A DNA stretch of 64,000 bases, taken from assembly GCA_951406725.2 (NCBI GenBank), contig OX597823.1, forward strand, positions 116,312,001-116,376,000. The letters run 5' to 3'. The notes beneath the pieces were generated by a model, which made no database searches, was not told the origin of the DNA, and saw only the letters and a list, made by a program, of their open reading frames with translations. Position numbers and translations under genes: made by a program. Shown here in pieces: positions 11,481 to 24,537 of this stretch. The first letter of the stretch is position 1, and each line of letters begins with the position of its first letter. Source of the stretch: Octopus vulgaris (lineage: Eukaryota).

Positions 11481-11881
11481 AATATGCTACAACTGGTGCA
11501 TTGCAGTATTTGTGTGGTGCATTGCAATGCTAACAGTTGTTATGCATTTCAATTTTAACATAGTGCAACCAGTGACTTTAGTGATGATATTTGCTATATG
11601 CTTCAGTATAATATGGTGCGGTTTGTGCACACAGTGGTGTCTTCAGTTTAACATGGTGCAGTGAATTTATTGTGGCATTAGTAACTGTTTTGCATTTCAC
11701 TTGTAATGATTTAGTTTGTTATCACATTTGTTTTGTTGCCGTGATTACATATAAAGTCTTCCACATGCCTACAAGTCTCATTGAGTCTTGAGCTTATCCA
11801 GACTTTCAAAATGTTTAGGCTAAAACTATAAGACCAGCATCACTGAATGAGACCCAGTCTATCACAAGGTACTACTCCTGA

Positions 11882-12102
11882 CAGAATCGTTAACACGCCG
11901 GGCGAAGTGCTTAGCGGTACTTCGTCTGCTGCTACGTTCTGAGTTCAAATTCCACCGAGGTCGACTTTGCCTTTCATCCTTCCGGGGTCGATTAAATAAG
12001 TACCAGTTACGCACTGGGGTCAGTATAATTGACTTAATCTGTTTGTCTGTCCTTGTTTGTCCTCTCTGTGTTTAGCCCCTTGTGGGTAGCAAAGAAATGG
12101 GT
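11882..12102 (+). mobile_element. SINE family B
   Basis: cagaatcgttaacacgccgggcgaag...ttgtgggtagcaaagaaatgggt. Confidence 0.85.
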
Positions 12103-13051
12103 ACTACTGCTACATAGGAACAATGTAAAATTAAGTGTCTTGCTCAAGGACATATCATGACACCTGATCCTAAAATTGAACCGATAACTCTATGACCATA
12201 GGCTCACTATTCTATGAGGCCACATACCTTCATCTGAAGACTTTCGATTTCCTGTGCTCCCAGTTATGTGTGTTGTGTAACTGTTGTTATTAAACCCTAG
12301 GTAAATTCTGATCAAGCAGACCTATGACCAAAAACATTCAAGTCATTGACATAACATTTGTTTTTCACTTGTAGCATATCCTTGGACTAAACCTTCCAGT
12401 ATGTCTAACATCTTAAGAGACTGTAGGGTTTGAAGGCGATTCCGTTGCTATATCTAGCAGTTTGAGCTTCTGTTGTAATGGCAACCACTGCAGAAATGAT
12501 GATGATGATGGTAGTGGTGGTGGTGGTGGTGGTGGTGACAGCGACGACGACGACGGCTGCTGCTGCTGCTGCTGATGATGATGTTGTTGTTGTTATTGTT
12601 GTTGTTCTTTAGGTCTGATTGTATAACAGGTTAGAAAATAGTGCAAAGAGTTTGTTAGCTGGGTCAATGAAATACTGGAAATTCTTGTTTGTGTTGGCAA
12701 TTATCACAGACAATCTCTAGAATGTGAGCAGCTTATCGATGTCTTAATAAAAGTTAGTTTAACAAAAATATATGAAGCATAACTGTCTGTGTTTTTAATA
12801 TTGTTGTTAAGTAATTAACTGCCACATGACCCCCAACTAAACCCTTTATCAAAACATGTGGTGACATATCACCAATATCTAGTGTTACGGGTTGACTTAC
12901 ATTCGTTCATTATAGATCTGCTTTTCTGTAGACAGTGTATTTACCTGCCTTTATCTAAAGCTTTGCACATCGTTGTTGAGTCGTGTCTGAATATATCACT
13001 TAATTTTGAACTGAAGGAAGAGATGGATAACATGTATATTGGTGACTAAAT

Positions 13052-13372
13052 TGGAATCTGCGATGGCTGGGTCATGCCCTCCTTCATCAACCAGGAGAAT
13101 CCATCTACGAAGCAATTGCCCCAGGGTTGGCGAAAGCGATGTGGTGGACAACGAAAAACTGGCTGATGACAGTCAAGGCTGATCTGAAACCCAACCTAGG
13201 CCTCCATGTCAATGGCATTTGCCGCTGGAATAGGGAGTGGTTGGAGATCATGCAATCCTTAGCCTCAAATCGCCAGGTCTGGTCAGTGGTTGTGAGAGAT
13301 GCAGCATTGATGATGGATGAAGCCAGCTTAACCCACCCTGGGTGAATGCTGTCTCAAGACAAGAAGACAAGA
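13052..13372 (+). mobile_element. 3' end of an RTE-clade LINE
   Basis: Translates across frameshifts as LRWLGHAL..GWRKRCGGQRK-TWLMTVKADL..LASNRQVWSVVVRD, the typical RTE C-terminus; short tandem tail caagacaagaagacaagaa. Confidence 0.75.
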
Positions 13373-13519
13373 ATCTGGATATAGCTTGGTGTGTGAAATA
13401 GTCTGAAGCCTGCCTACATAAGAAATTGTGCTTATTTGATTAATCTGCAATTAAATATGTTTTTAAGATAGAAGAACATGTTCAATGACATTTGAAACTG
13501 AAAATGAATTATATTGAAA

Positions 13520-13810
13520 GAAAATATTTCTGATTACTATGTTAAAATAAATGATGATAACTGTTAGTTACTATAATGGCTGTTTGCACTATACATGAAA
13601 TGAAAATCTTTCTGATTAGCATATTAAATTAATTAATAATAGCTGTTAGTAACTACAAAAATTGTTTGCTGAATATACTGCATAAAAATCTTTCTGATTG
13701 TCATGTTAGAATAATTAATAGTAGTTATTAGTAATTATAACAGTCATGTATAAAATTTATTGAATGAGAAATCTTCTGGTGACTATGTTAAAATAACTGA
13801 TGGTACCTCT
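13520..13810. repeat. Diverged tandem repeat, 82-bp period, about 3.5 copies
   Basis: ttctg(a/g)t anchor at 13528, 13610, 13692 and 13774, each followed by similar atgttaaaataa..tagctgttag sequence. Confidence 0.75.
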
Positions 13811-14921
13811 TTGCAAGTATGTTGTTTATGTCCAGTTCTTTCTTGAAGGTGAAGTGTTTAAGAATGTGTGAAGTTATAGAAGAAACTTCTTATGAAATCT
13901 CTCATTAATAATTAGTTCAGTGTTGTATTGTCATGTCTATGTTTCTCTTAGTTTCCAAGTAATCTTCCAAAGCCTTGTCAAAAAGCTATCTTACATAATC
14001 TAGAGTAACTTTAATATTTCAGTCATTTCAAAGTATCAGGACATGGTTAACATAACACATTACAGTGTTTGCTGCCATCTTTCTTGTTTCCCAGAAAGCA
14101 AGTTCAAATCTAGCCATGATTTTTTGTTTCTTTTTCCTTTTGTCATTTTAGAGCCAATCAGCAAATATTAGTTATATACTGGCATTGCTTCAATTAACTG
14201 TATTCCCTGTCTTCTCCCAAATTTGGCATTGAGCTTAGGCAGGGCAAATCAATAGCTTAACTCTTTTAGATTTGTGTCTGTTGGCATTGTTGCTACATTC
14301 ACCCTACAATAGTATCACAACAGTAAATCCCATTGTAAAATAGTGAAACTAGAATGGACACAGATGAAGGGAATTAAAGGAGATAAGGCTTCAGAGATAT
14401 TTTCAAGTGTTTTTGTTATCAAGTTTTCTTTAGTTTGTTTTCTTTACGTTTTGTTAGTTGGAGCTAAACTGAGAAGGGTTAATTAGCTACTGTTATAATT
14501 GTATAGTTCTTAGCCACATGTCTGATTTGTTGTGACTTCAGCTGTTTTCAGATGTTAATTCTATTGTTGATTTTGAAACAAAGAATTATAATAACAGATA
14601 ATTGTTTCTAGTTCAGAACAAATTGTCAAAACAAAACCCAAATTATAATTAAATCACCACAAAGTCTCTAAAAATCATTTGGATGTAATTTGAAGTCATT
14701 TGATTAACTGTATGTCTAACCACTATGCTGTCAATTTTAACAAGACTTAGAGACAGAACAACTCAGTGTTATAACGGAGATCAAGAATTAAAAAAGTTAA
14801 ACTATTAATTTGTTTTGATGAAGCTGAAGTAGAAATCTCTAAAACTAAACAACAGATATGAAAGTGACAGTCAGTCCCAAACTGTGAATCAGTTATTAGT
14901 TGTAAATGTTCAAACTTTATA

Positions 14922-15138
14922 TTCTTTTCTACTCTAGGCACAGGGCCCGAAATTTTGCGAGAGGGGGGCCAGTCAATTAGATCAACCCCAGTATGCAACT
15001 GATATTTAATTTATCGACTCCAAAAGAATGAAAGGCAAAGTTGGCCTCGGCAGAATTTGAACTTAGAACGTAAAGGCAAATGAAATACCACTAACCATTT
15101 CACCTGGCATGCTAACACTTCTGCCAGCTCACAGCCTT
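14922..15138 (-). mobile_element. SINE family B (subfamily with a different tail)
   Basis: gaatgaaaggcaaagttggcctcggcagaatttgaact...tctgccagctc is the reverse complement of the B head and core. Confidence 0.8.
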
Positions 15139-15331
15139 TCAAACTTTATGTTCTAAGTAGTCACCAAAATGCAAATAGCAGTCCCCGTTGATTCATTACA
15201 AATTTTTTGAGTAACAGGAGGTGGTTAACATAACACATTACAATGTTTGCTGCCATCTTTCTTGTTGCTCAGAAACCAAGTTCAAATCTAACCATGATTA
15301 TTTTTTTCTCTTTTTGTCATTTTAGAGCTTG

Positions 15332-15370
<39 letters not shown>

Positions 15371-15402
15371 CAAAATAAGCAACAAGAATATCTTCGGTAA
15401 TT

Positions 15403-15486
15403 TGGTACGATCGTTTCATGCTACATCATTTTATTAAACATTGTAAGTATTACAACAGTTTTAAAATGTTGAGCACTCATCAGCCA
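15403..15486 (-). ncRNA. Type I hammerhead ribozyme motif (long stem II)
   Basis: Minus strand: tgg-CTGATGA-gtgct...agcat-GAAAC-gatc-GTA|cca, with palindromic stem III ACGATCGT. Confidence 0.75.
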
Positions 15487-15612
15487 TTTATAGAGGTTTT
15501 CCATCAATACGTATACTTATTTCCATGTTATGGAAATAAGTATATGGAAATATACTTATATGGAAATATAACATGGAAATAAGTATATGTATTAATGGAA
15601 AACCTCTATAAA

Positions 15613-15696
15613 TGGCTGATGAGTGCTCAACATTTTAAAACTGTTGTAATACTTACAATGTTTAATAAAATGATGTAGCATGAAACGATCGTATAA
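15613..15696 (+). ncRNA. Hammerhead ribozyme motif with mutated 3' strand of stem I
   Basis: tgg-CTGATGA-gtgct...agcat-GAAAC-gatc-GTA|taa; the sibling copies have cca here. Confidence 0.6.
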
Positions 15697-15815
15697 ATTA
15701 CCGAAGATATTCTTGTTGCTTATTTTGATTATAATCACCCCATGGATAACACCGTACAAAATTCTGGTGCATCTAACTTAAGTACCATATTCATTTGAAT
15801 CTAAATTTTGCTGAA

Positions 15816-15851
<36 letters not shown>

Positions 15852-15864
15852 AATATATATGTAA

Positions 15865-15899
<35 letters not shown>

Positions 15900-15957
15900 T
15901 GTATATATATGTATCTGTGTATATATATATATATATATATACACAGATACATATATA

Positions 15958-15992
<35 letters not shown>

Positions 15993-15993
15993 T

Positions 15994-16031
<38 letters not shown>

Positions 16032-16151
16032 TTCAGCAAAATTTAGATTCAAATGAATATGGTACTTAAGTTAGATGCACCAGAATTTTGTACAGTGTTA
16101 TCCATGGGGTGATTATAATCAAAATAAGCAACAAGAATATCTTCGGTAATT

Positions 16152-16340
<189 letters not shown>

Positions 16341-16352
16341 ATATATATAAAA

Positions 16353-16556
16353 GGGTAACATAGCTGTACATGTGTCAATTCTTTACAGCCATTTCAAGCA
16401 ATTCCTGTTATTGATTAATAAAAACATTACATCATTTGAAAGAAATCGTTCAGACAAGAATGGTCTCTTTCAAATGATGTAATGTTTTCATTAATCAATA
16501 ACAGGAATTGCTTGAAACGGCTGTAAAGAATTGACACCTGTACATTTCTGTTACTC
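16353..16556. repeat. Long fold-back hairpin (arms of about 80 bp)
   Basis: tgtacatgtgtcaattctttacagccatttcaagcaattcctgttattgattaat...tttgaaaga pairs with tctttcaaa...attaatcaataacaggaattgcttgaaacggctgtaaagaattgacacctgtaca, with few mismatches. Confidence 0.9.
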
Positions 16557-17109
16557 ATTTATATTTTATTCCCCTAACTTGGAATCTGCATTTCAGAAAT
16601 ACTATAGAATTTCCAAGAACAGATATCTTCACTTAGCTGGGTTGCATTGTCAACGTACATGGCAGAAATATCAGGTACAAATACTCCTGCACAGAGTCTT
16701 GATATTCAATATTCAATTAATATTGTTTGGGTGTGTGGATTATACCAACCTAGCAAGGTACCCCAATTTAAATACCTAATTCAACGGAATCTTAATTGTG
16801 TGTATGTGTGTGTGTGTGTCTTTCTAATTGCTTAAACTCAGTATCTATTAATATTACTATTACACACATTCTCCTTCTTTTCTGTTTTCGTCTGAGCTCT
16901 TATCTGCATTTGGAGCACTTTACAGGTTTTAAAATTTTAGGGGTGGAGCAATAATGCGTACCTACATACAAAAATGTTGATTAGGGAATAGCATTGTGTC
17001 TCTGTCAAAAAACCTTAGTATTTAGTTTTCCATGACCCCATCTTTAAAAAAATTGTTAAATTTTTGCTTGGTTGTATTCCAGGTTCCATGCATCAAGAAG
17101 TACTGATTT

Positions 17110-17260
17110 CTAATTGTAGGGGGAACAAGCAGAAGGGGTCAACTCAGGTAGACATGGGATGAAGTGGTGGAAAGGATTTCCAGATGAGGAGATGACAAAG
17201 GACTGAGACTTCTGGTGGTTTACTGTGCTTGAGAACACATATCAGGCTAAGTAAAATTGG
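17110..17260 (+). mobile_element. 3' end of an RTE-clade LINE (decayed)
   Basis: GTSRRGQLR*TWDEVV..EMTKD..W.FTVLE resembles GRPRKTWDEVV..DRDLWR. A related minus-strand copy lies at about 31600-31745. Confidence 0.55.
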
Positions 17261-17339
17261 GGTCATTCATTCTAAGGGTTGCGCCCTCTACATCTCTCTT
17301 TCAGTTAAGAGATCTTAGTTTTGTATGCTCATGGATACT

Positions 17340-17580
17340 GATGTCACATAAAAGTAACCATGCCAGTGCCACATAAAAGGGCCAGTGCCATTGTCATGCA
17401 AAAGCACCGATACTGGTGCCACTCTGTAAAGGGGTTGGCATTAGGAAGGGCATCCAGCCATAGAAACCATGCCGAAACAGACAAATAGAGCGAGGGCAGT
17501 TCCTCAGCTGGCCACCTCCTGCCAAACAGTCTAACCTATGCCAGCAGGGAGAACAGACATTAGATGATGATGATGATGAT
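17340..17580 (+). mobile_element. Repeat family C, diverged
   Basis: ggttggcattaggaagggcatccagcc...cagacattagatgatgatgat. Confidence 0.7.
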
Positions 17581-17617
<37 letters not shown>

Positions 17618-17989
17618 TTGGTCACATTTGTGATCTATATTTTCAACACAGATCCAAGTCTGAATTAGGTCACATTTTGTCTTGGGGTTCATAATCCTGT
17701 TGGCTAACCCTTCAGCAGTCACTACTAAGCATAGTGGTTCAGCTTAACCACCTCTTCCCTCTTCTCCCTACCAAGTTTGATATTGGCTGCAGTCTTCCAA
17801 TGGTAGACATCTTTTCTCACCAATGCTTCTATTGATTGGTTAATCTTGGTCTGCCACCAGAAACCTGTTTCTCTCATCAAATCCTTATACAACCAACACC
17901 TGTAATCCTTTATTTAAGCTCCCCCCTCCCTCCCTCCCTCTCTCTCACTCAGACTTCTCTTGTCCACTGCTACAAGCTATCCTGTAATA

Positions 17990-18651
<662 letters not shown>

Positions 18652-18972
18652 GCCTTTCCCATTGAGTGACATGCTTTCTTTCATCTCAAGTTGTTTTTGT
18701 TCTAATTTCTCTTTATATTTCCTCTTCAGTTTTATTGTTATGTCTATCTTAGTTGGCAACATTTGCTTGATACCAAAGCAATGTTTCTTCCCCCGTTTAT
18801 TTAGATTTCTCCTTTATTTGCTCCACATTGATTTTATTTTTACTGCAGCTCTTTTCTCACGTAGCTGCTGGCCATATAAAGAAGTATGACACTAATCTCT
18901 GCGTGAAATACTGACATATTTTACCTTAATATAAAAATATGTAACATAGGTAGTACCATTGCTACATAATTA

Positions 18973-19236
18973 AAAACCCTTTATTACCAGATTTCTCTTG
19001 AAATACACTGACTTTGTTCCAGTTAATTTTGAAAATAATAAACAATTTAGTAAACTAACTTTGTCATTTGTTTAAGATGGTATTTGGAGTATAAATTAGT
19101 ATGATATGTTGATGGAAGATTCTAATCATTTTAAAACAGGAAATTTTGATGGAAGATTTGAAATCGTTTTCAAACAGGAATTTTCTATCATAGAACCAAA
19201 GATGGTCTCAAGCTCATTGGTATCAAAAAGGGTTAA
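18973..19236. mobile_element. TTAA-type (piggyBac-like) MITE, family 2, diverged
   Basis: aaccctttattacc...ggtatcaaaaagggTTAA; internally homologous to 54202-54429. Confidence 0.65.
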
Positions 19237-19475
19237 TGATAGTTGCCTATTTTCTGTAATATAAGTTTAACTGTATAATTAATGCTAGCCTTCGAGCAAT
19301 AAATTTAATCAATAAAGTTATCAGTTATATGAACTCTAATTTTAATGGCTTAATTACAGTACATGACAACTTTCCAAATGTTGGTGCAATAAGAAAATGC
19401 ATACAGTACACCCTGCTTAGGAGTTGATGATAGGAAGGGCATTCAGCCATAGAAACAAAGTCAAAGTTGGAACAG

Positions 19476-19865
19476 TGGCTGTGTGGTAAGTAGCTGGCTT
19501 ACGAACCACATGGTTCCGGGTTCAGTCCTACTATGTGGCACATTGGGCAAGTGTCTTCTGCTATAGCCTCGGGCCAACCAAAGCCTTGTGAGTGGATTTG
19601 GTAGATGGAAACTGAAAGAAGCCAGTCGTATATATGTATATATGTGTGTGTGTGTGTGTGTATGTTTGTGTGTCTGTGTTTCCCCCCAACATCACTTGAC
19701 AGCTGATGCTGGTGTGTTTACGTCCCCGTAACTTAGTGGTTTGGCAAAAGAGACTGATAGAATAAGTACTAGGCTTACAAAGAATAAGTCCTGGGGTCAA
19801 CTTGCTCGACTAAAGACGGTGCTGCAGCAAGGCCACAGTCTAATGACTGAAACAAGTAAAAGAGT
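19476..19865 (+). mobile_element. SINE family A
   Basis: Complete head-to-tail copy ending gaaacaagtaaaagagta. Confidence 0.9.
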
Positions 19866-20974
19866 ATACAAGTTGAATCTTTCGGACCAAATTATACAGC
19901 TAAAAAGTGGTAGGGCAAATTAATCACCAAGATGGTTTTGGAAGATCAAAATGTCCATGTGAAATGCAGCATGATTTGGAAAAATTGTGATCATGTTCAA
20001 ACGTTTACACTAAATACTATGTTGACTTGCATGCTGGAAAATACTGTATGAGTGAGATGTGGGTCTCCGGCCCATTTATGAATAAGAAGAAATTCAAGCC
20101 ACAATGACCTGTCCAGACCATGTCAGCATGGAAAGCGTATGTACAATGATGATACTATTACCATCATCATCATCAACATCATAATTTCCTTATCAAGTTG
20201 TGACAATGACTTCAGGACAATGACAAAGAATTCTGTAGAAAAATATTTGAATTAAGGGGTGGGTGGTGCACTGAATGTCATGTGTGAAATTTTTTTCATT
20301 GATAAAAATTTCCTTCTTAGTTGAAGAAAGACAACAACAAAAAAAAAGTACAACAGAAATTGTTGGCAAATTTCAAAGAAAAAGAGAAAATAATTTTAAT
20401 AAATGAAGAATCAATTTTTCAAGGTTGATTTATATGTTTAGAGGAAGGAAAGACTGATTTTTATTGTAGGGAAAAGGTATGATTATGGACATGCTTTCAC
20501 CAATTAGGGATCATCAGTATACTCATGTTTATTGATCAGTTGACATTGATTTTCATGTATAGAAAAAAAGTGAAAAATAATTTTTAACTCATAATTTCCA
20601 TAATTAAAAATAAAATGAGCTAAGGGAAATAACTCAAGTAGGCCAATGGCAGAAATTTATTGAATCTTTAAAAACCCTTAATTAAATGAAATTTTCCCTT
20701 TTAGCTGTCAAGAAAAAGAACTAATTATTAGTGATATTTATTAATGATTCTCACAAAAAAAGAAGGAATAATTTCCAGAAATTAGAAATGGAAATTCCTA
20801 GTCAGCCTGGAATATTCCATTTTCAGTTGATACAGATTCCAGATATTTGACATTTCCATACAAATTAGTTTTCTATCTTGGGATTTGACGATATTGCTTG
20901 AACCAAATTGTATAAAAAGAATTATGGTATAAAAGGTATAAAACAAGGCATAAAACCAACAAGTGAGAAATATA

Positions 20975-21290
20975 AAAAAATAAGTATGTAGTTGCCAATA
21001 TCCAGGTATTCCCAGCAGTAACCTATAGTAAACTAGAGTAGCCAGAAGTAACCTAAAATAAGCGAATGGAAACAGCAAAACATCTAACACAAGTAAATGA
21101 AAAACATTTGGATTATAATACCAAAATAACAACACATTCAAGATTTATATACCAAGACAGAATACTGGAAGTGTGCTTAGCAAGATGGAGGTAAACTATA
21201 AAGCCTTTATGATTAGCTGAAACACATACCTTTTGAAATAAAGAGCCTTATTAGCAGTGAAACAGGAAAGTGAAACAAAGAAGCTATATT
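20975..21290 (+). repeat. Left arm of a diverged inverted duplication (partner 23943-24755)
   Basis: For example, ccttattagcagtgaaacaggaa versus ttcctgtttcactgctaataagg, and ggaaacagcaaaacatctaacacaagtaaatg versus catttacttgtgctaaatgtcttgctgtttcc. Confidence 0.75.
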
Positions 21291-22067
21291 TTCTGTTTTG
21301 TTTATGAAGAAGCAAATTATGCAGCAGAAACAGAAATGCAACCAGAATACCAAAAGAAATAAAACAACTTCAAAAGTAGGCATTTTTCAATAAAACCAAC
21401 ACTCAGCTTACCTTTTACTTGTTATTTTATGCCTGATATTATTATATTATTATTATTATTATCATTATTAAAAAAGAAAGTATTATTTATATCATCATCA
21501 TCATCATTGTCTTCGTTATGAGTTTTTCTTCTTCCTTCAATTTTGTTTCCATTTCTTTTCATATTATTATTATTATGAATTTTGTTTTTGTTAGTTGTTC
21601 TCATAAGGTTTCTTCTTATGTACATTATCCAGTCTTGGTTTAATGTTGTATCACAATGATTGTTCATATCTAGGGGAACAGAATTCTGAGTGTCATCCTA
21701 CAGTGTCCTCAATAGATGCTTTTAGCTTGAATTAAATATTATATTCTGTTTGAGTTGTATTGTTTTCTCAGAGAGTCTCTTCATCTTGGTGTTTTTGCCT
21801 ACTAGTTTTTACTTGATTTCTCTCATAATGACAAAAAAAAAAAAAAATCTCTTTCTCCTTGATGCCATAATATCTATACAACTTCTGTAGCAGGTCTTCT
21901 CTCTTCATACAACCAAGATGCAATTCTTCTAAGATCTCTCCAATATTTTTGAATATTTTTTGTAGTCCTCTCTTCCATCATGTTTCATTTCACTTGTTCT
22001 TCCTTTCCATCATTACCACACCAACAATCTCCCTCTCTCCCTCTCTGTCTCTGTCTGTCTGTCTCAC

Positions 22068-22408
22068 ATGAAATGGAAAATAAGGCTGGAGAAGAAATGC
22101 CTGTCGCAAAGTGTGTTTCGTAAAAGATGGAAGTCTATAGCAAGTATGTTGCGAGTGAAAGAACCTGTTTAAACGAGAATATAAAAAAGGAGAAAGCAAA
22201 GTCTTCAGTGTGAGTATGTGGTTTGTGGGGTCAACCGCGTCCTCCGCTTCATTTTTTCTTAATTACTCATTCTCATTTAATTGTATATATTTTAATTGTT
22301 TGTTATTCATACGTTTCGTCTCATTCGATACTCTGACCCCAATGTTTGTTTTGTCTGTCCTCGTATCGTCCCCTCTTTTTCTCAACCTTATGGTGAATAA
22401 AGAAATAC
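22068..22408 (+). mobile_element. 3' end of an L1/Tx1-like LINE inserted in a (TC)-rich tract
   Basis: KWKIRLEKKCLSQSVFRKRWKSIASMLRV resembles Tx1-type ORF2 C-termini. CpG-retaining 3' UTR ends aataaagaaata. TC repeats on both sides. Confidence 0.55.
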
Positions 22409-23064
22409 TCTCTCTCTCTCCCTCACATACCTACTATTGAGGGTCCATGATACTGTATGTTGAAAAGTGTGTTAAAATCTACATCACAGACTAAATGGTT
22501 CCTGTATGATACCATTTAGTAGAGACCTCTAAATCTCCAGAGCCTTCTTTGTATTATTTCCCTTCAACTGTGAATATTTACACTTTATCAGTTGTATTTG
22601 ATGATTTCTATCTTTTGTCTCTGTGGAACTTAATTATAAATCCATTGTAGAACTATATTCATTGTAGAACAGATTTTGACAACATATTTTCTTTTCTATT
22701 TTATTTACACAGTTTCTGTTTCAGCATTCTTATTTCTCCCAGTAAATTCCTCGTAGAAATATTGTCCAAGTCTTTCTCAACTTTAACTCCTCTTCTTCCA
22801 TTCTGACCGTATTTGTATATCGCCCATGAGGACTGATCCCTAAACCAGGGAATTCAACTTCCTTTTACTTTCCATCATCTCCTCTTTATATTGGTTTTGT
22901 TTTCTAACTGTTTCACATACACTGTTCAGTCAATTAGTTTCTAGAATGGTTATTATTTGGTGCCTACCTTGCTTGACCTCATAAAACTCTCTTGTCTATG
23001 ATGTATTCTGATGCAACCCTAATAAGGTATCCAACTAACATATTTGATTATTCATCAAATGTAA

Positions 23065-23226
23065 GAGTGGCTGTGTGGTAAGTAGCTTGCTTACCAACCA
23101 CATGGTTCCAGGTTCAGTCCCACTGCATGGCACCTTGGGAAAGTGTCTTCTACTATAGCCTCAGGCTGACCAAAGCCTTGTGAGTGGATTTGGTAGACAG
23201 AAACTGAAAGAAGCCCGCCGTATATA

Positions 23227-23269
<43 letters not shown>

Positions 23270-23485
23270 ATGTGTTTATGTGTCTATGTATGTCCCCCCA
23301 ACATTGCTTGACAACCAATGCTGGTGTGTTTATGTCCCCGTAACTTAGCGGTTCAGCAAAAGCGAACGATAGAATAAGTACTAGGCTTAATAAGAATAAG
23401 TCTTGGGGTTGGTTTGCTTGACTAAAGGCGGTGCTCCAGCATGGCCAGAGTGAAATGACTGAAACAAGTAAAAGAGTAAAGAGTA
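23065..23485 (+). mobile_element. SINE family A
   Basis: Complete copy with tail gtaaaagagtaaagagtaaa. Confidence 0.9.
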
Positions 23486-24224
23486 AACTGGTTTGCTGTC
23501 TACTATTGTATGTATGCATTCGTTATAGCCTGTTGTTGGAAAATAGTAGTCGTAATTCTCTATAATTAAAAATTGCTCTGTTTCCATTTTCTCAATCCAA
23601 ATTGTTTTATAAGTTTTGTCATTTTAGAATCATTTCAGTTAAATTTCATTTTCCTTGTTTGTTTTTATTTCTTATGTGAGTGATCTGAGTTGAATCTCAG
23701 GCAAGGCACTAGGGCAATTCACATAATTCAACTGAAGCCAAAAATTTCATGAAATGCAGAGAGTGGAATGGGAACAGTAGACCCCTGTAGATCAAATAAA
23801 AGATTAGGTTTGAAATTCTGATGCAGTGACCAAGTTCAACACAAGACACCTGAAGAAGGCTTGTACATACAACAGCCAAAACATAGTGAAAATAACAATC
23901 CAGGTGGGGACACCAGTCAGACTAATATAAGCAGCATACGTAATAGCTTATTTTGTTTCATATTCCTGTTTCACTGCTAATAAGGCCCCTTATTTTGAAA
24001 GGTATGTTAATCATAAAAGCTTTATAGTTTATCTCCAACGTGGCAAGCACTCTTCCCTGATTATGCTTTAATGTGCTCAAATTCTGCCAAGATCAACTTT
24101 GCCTTTCATCCCTTTGGAATCTTGAAGTAAACACCAGTTATATACTGGGGTCGATGTAACAGACAAGCATACCCCACACATACACTTCCACAAAATTTCT
24201 GGCCTTGTGCCAATAGTTTTTATT

Positions 24225-24537
24225 TATTTATCCACTCTTTTCAAGCCTGGCCAGGCTCATGGGCCTGGTTTCCCGGTTTCTATGGCATATATGTTCCCCC
24301 CACCTGGATGGGATGCCAGTCCATCGCAGCATTACTCAAGAAACAGTAAGAATGAATGAGAGAAAGTTGGGGCGAAAGAGTACAACAGGGGTCGCCCCTC
24401 CCCCTACTACTGGGGCCTCATGGAGCTTTTAGGTGTTTTCGCTCAATAAACACACACAATGCCCGGTCTGAGAATCGAAACTGTGATCCTCCGACTGCAA
24501 GTCCACTGCCCTAACCACTGAGCCATTGCGCCTCCAC
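24225..24537 (-). mobile_element. tRNA-derived SINE family D (tail type 1)
   Basis: Reverse complement of gtggaggcgcaatggctcagtggttagggcag (A box)...gtttcgattctc (B box)...gatggactggcatcccatccaggtgggg. Confidence 0.85.

Noticed and set aside
11272-11664. Recurring peptide AKETDRISTRLTKNKSWG in several ORFs
   Set aside because: It is a fortuitous reading frame of SINE family A, not a gene family.
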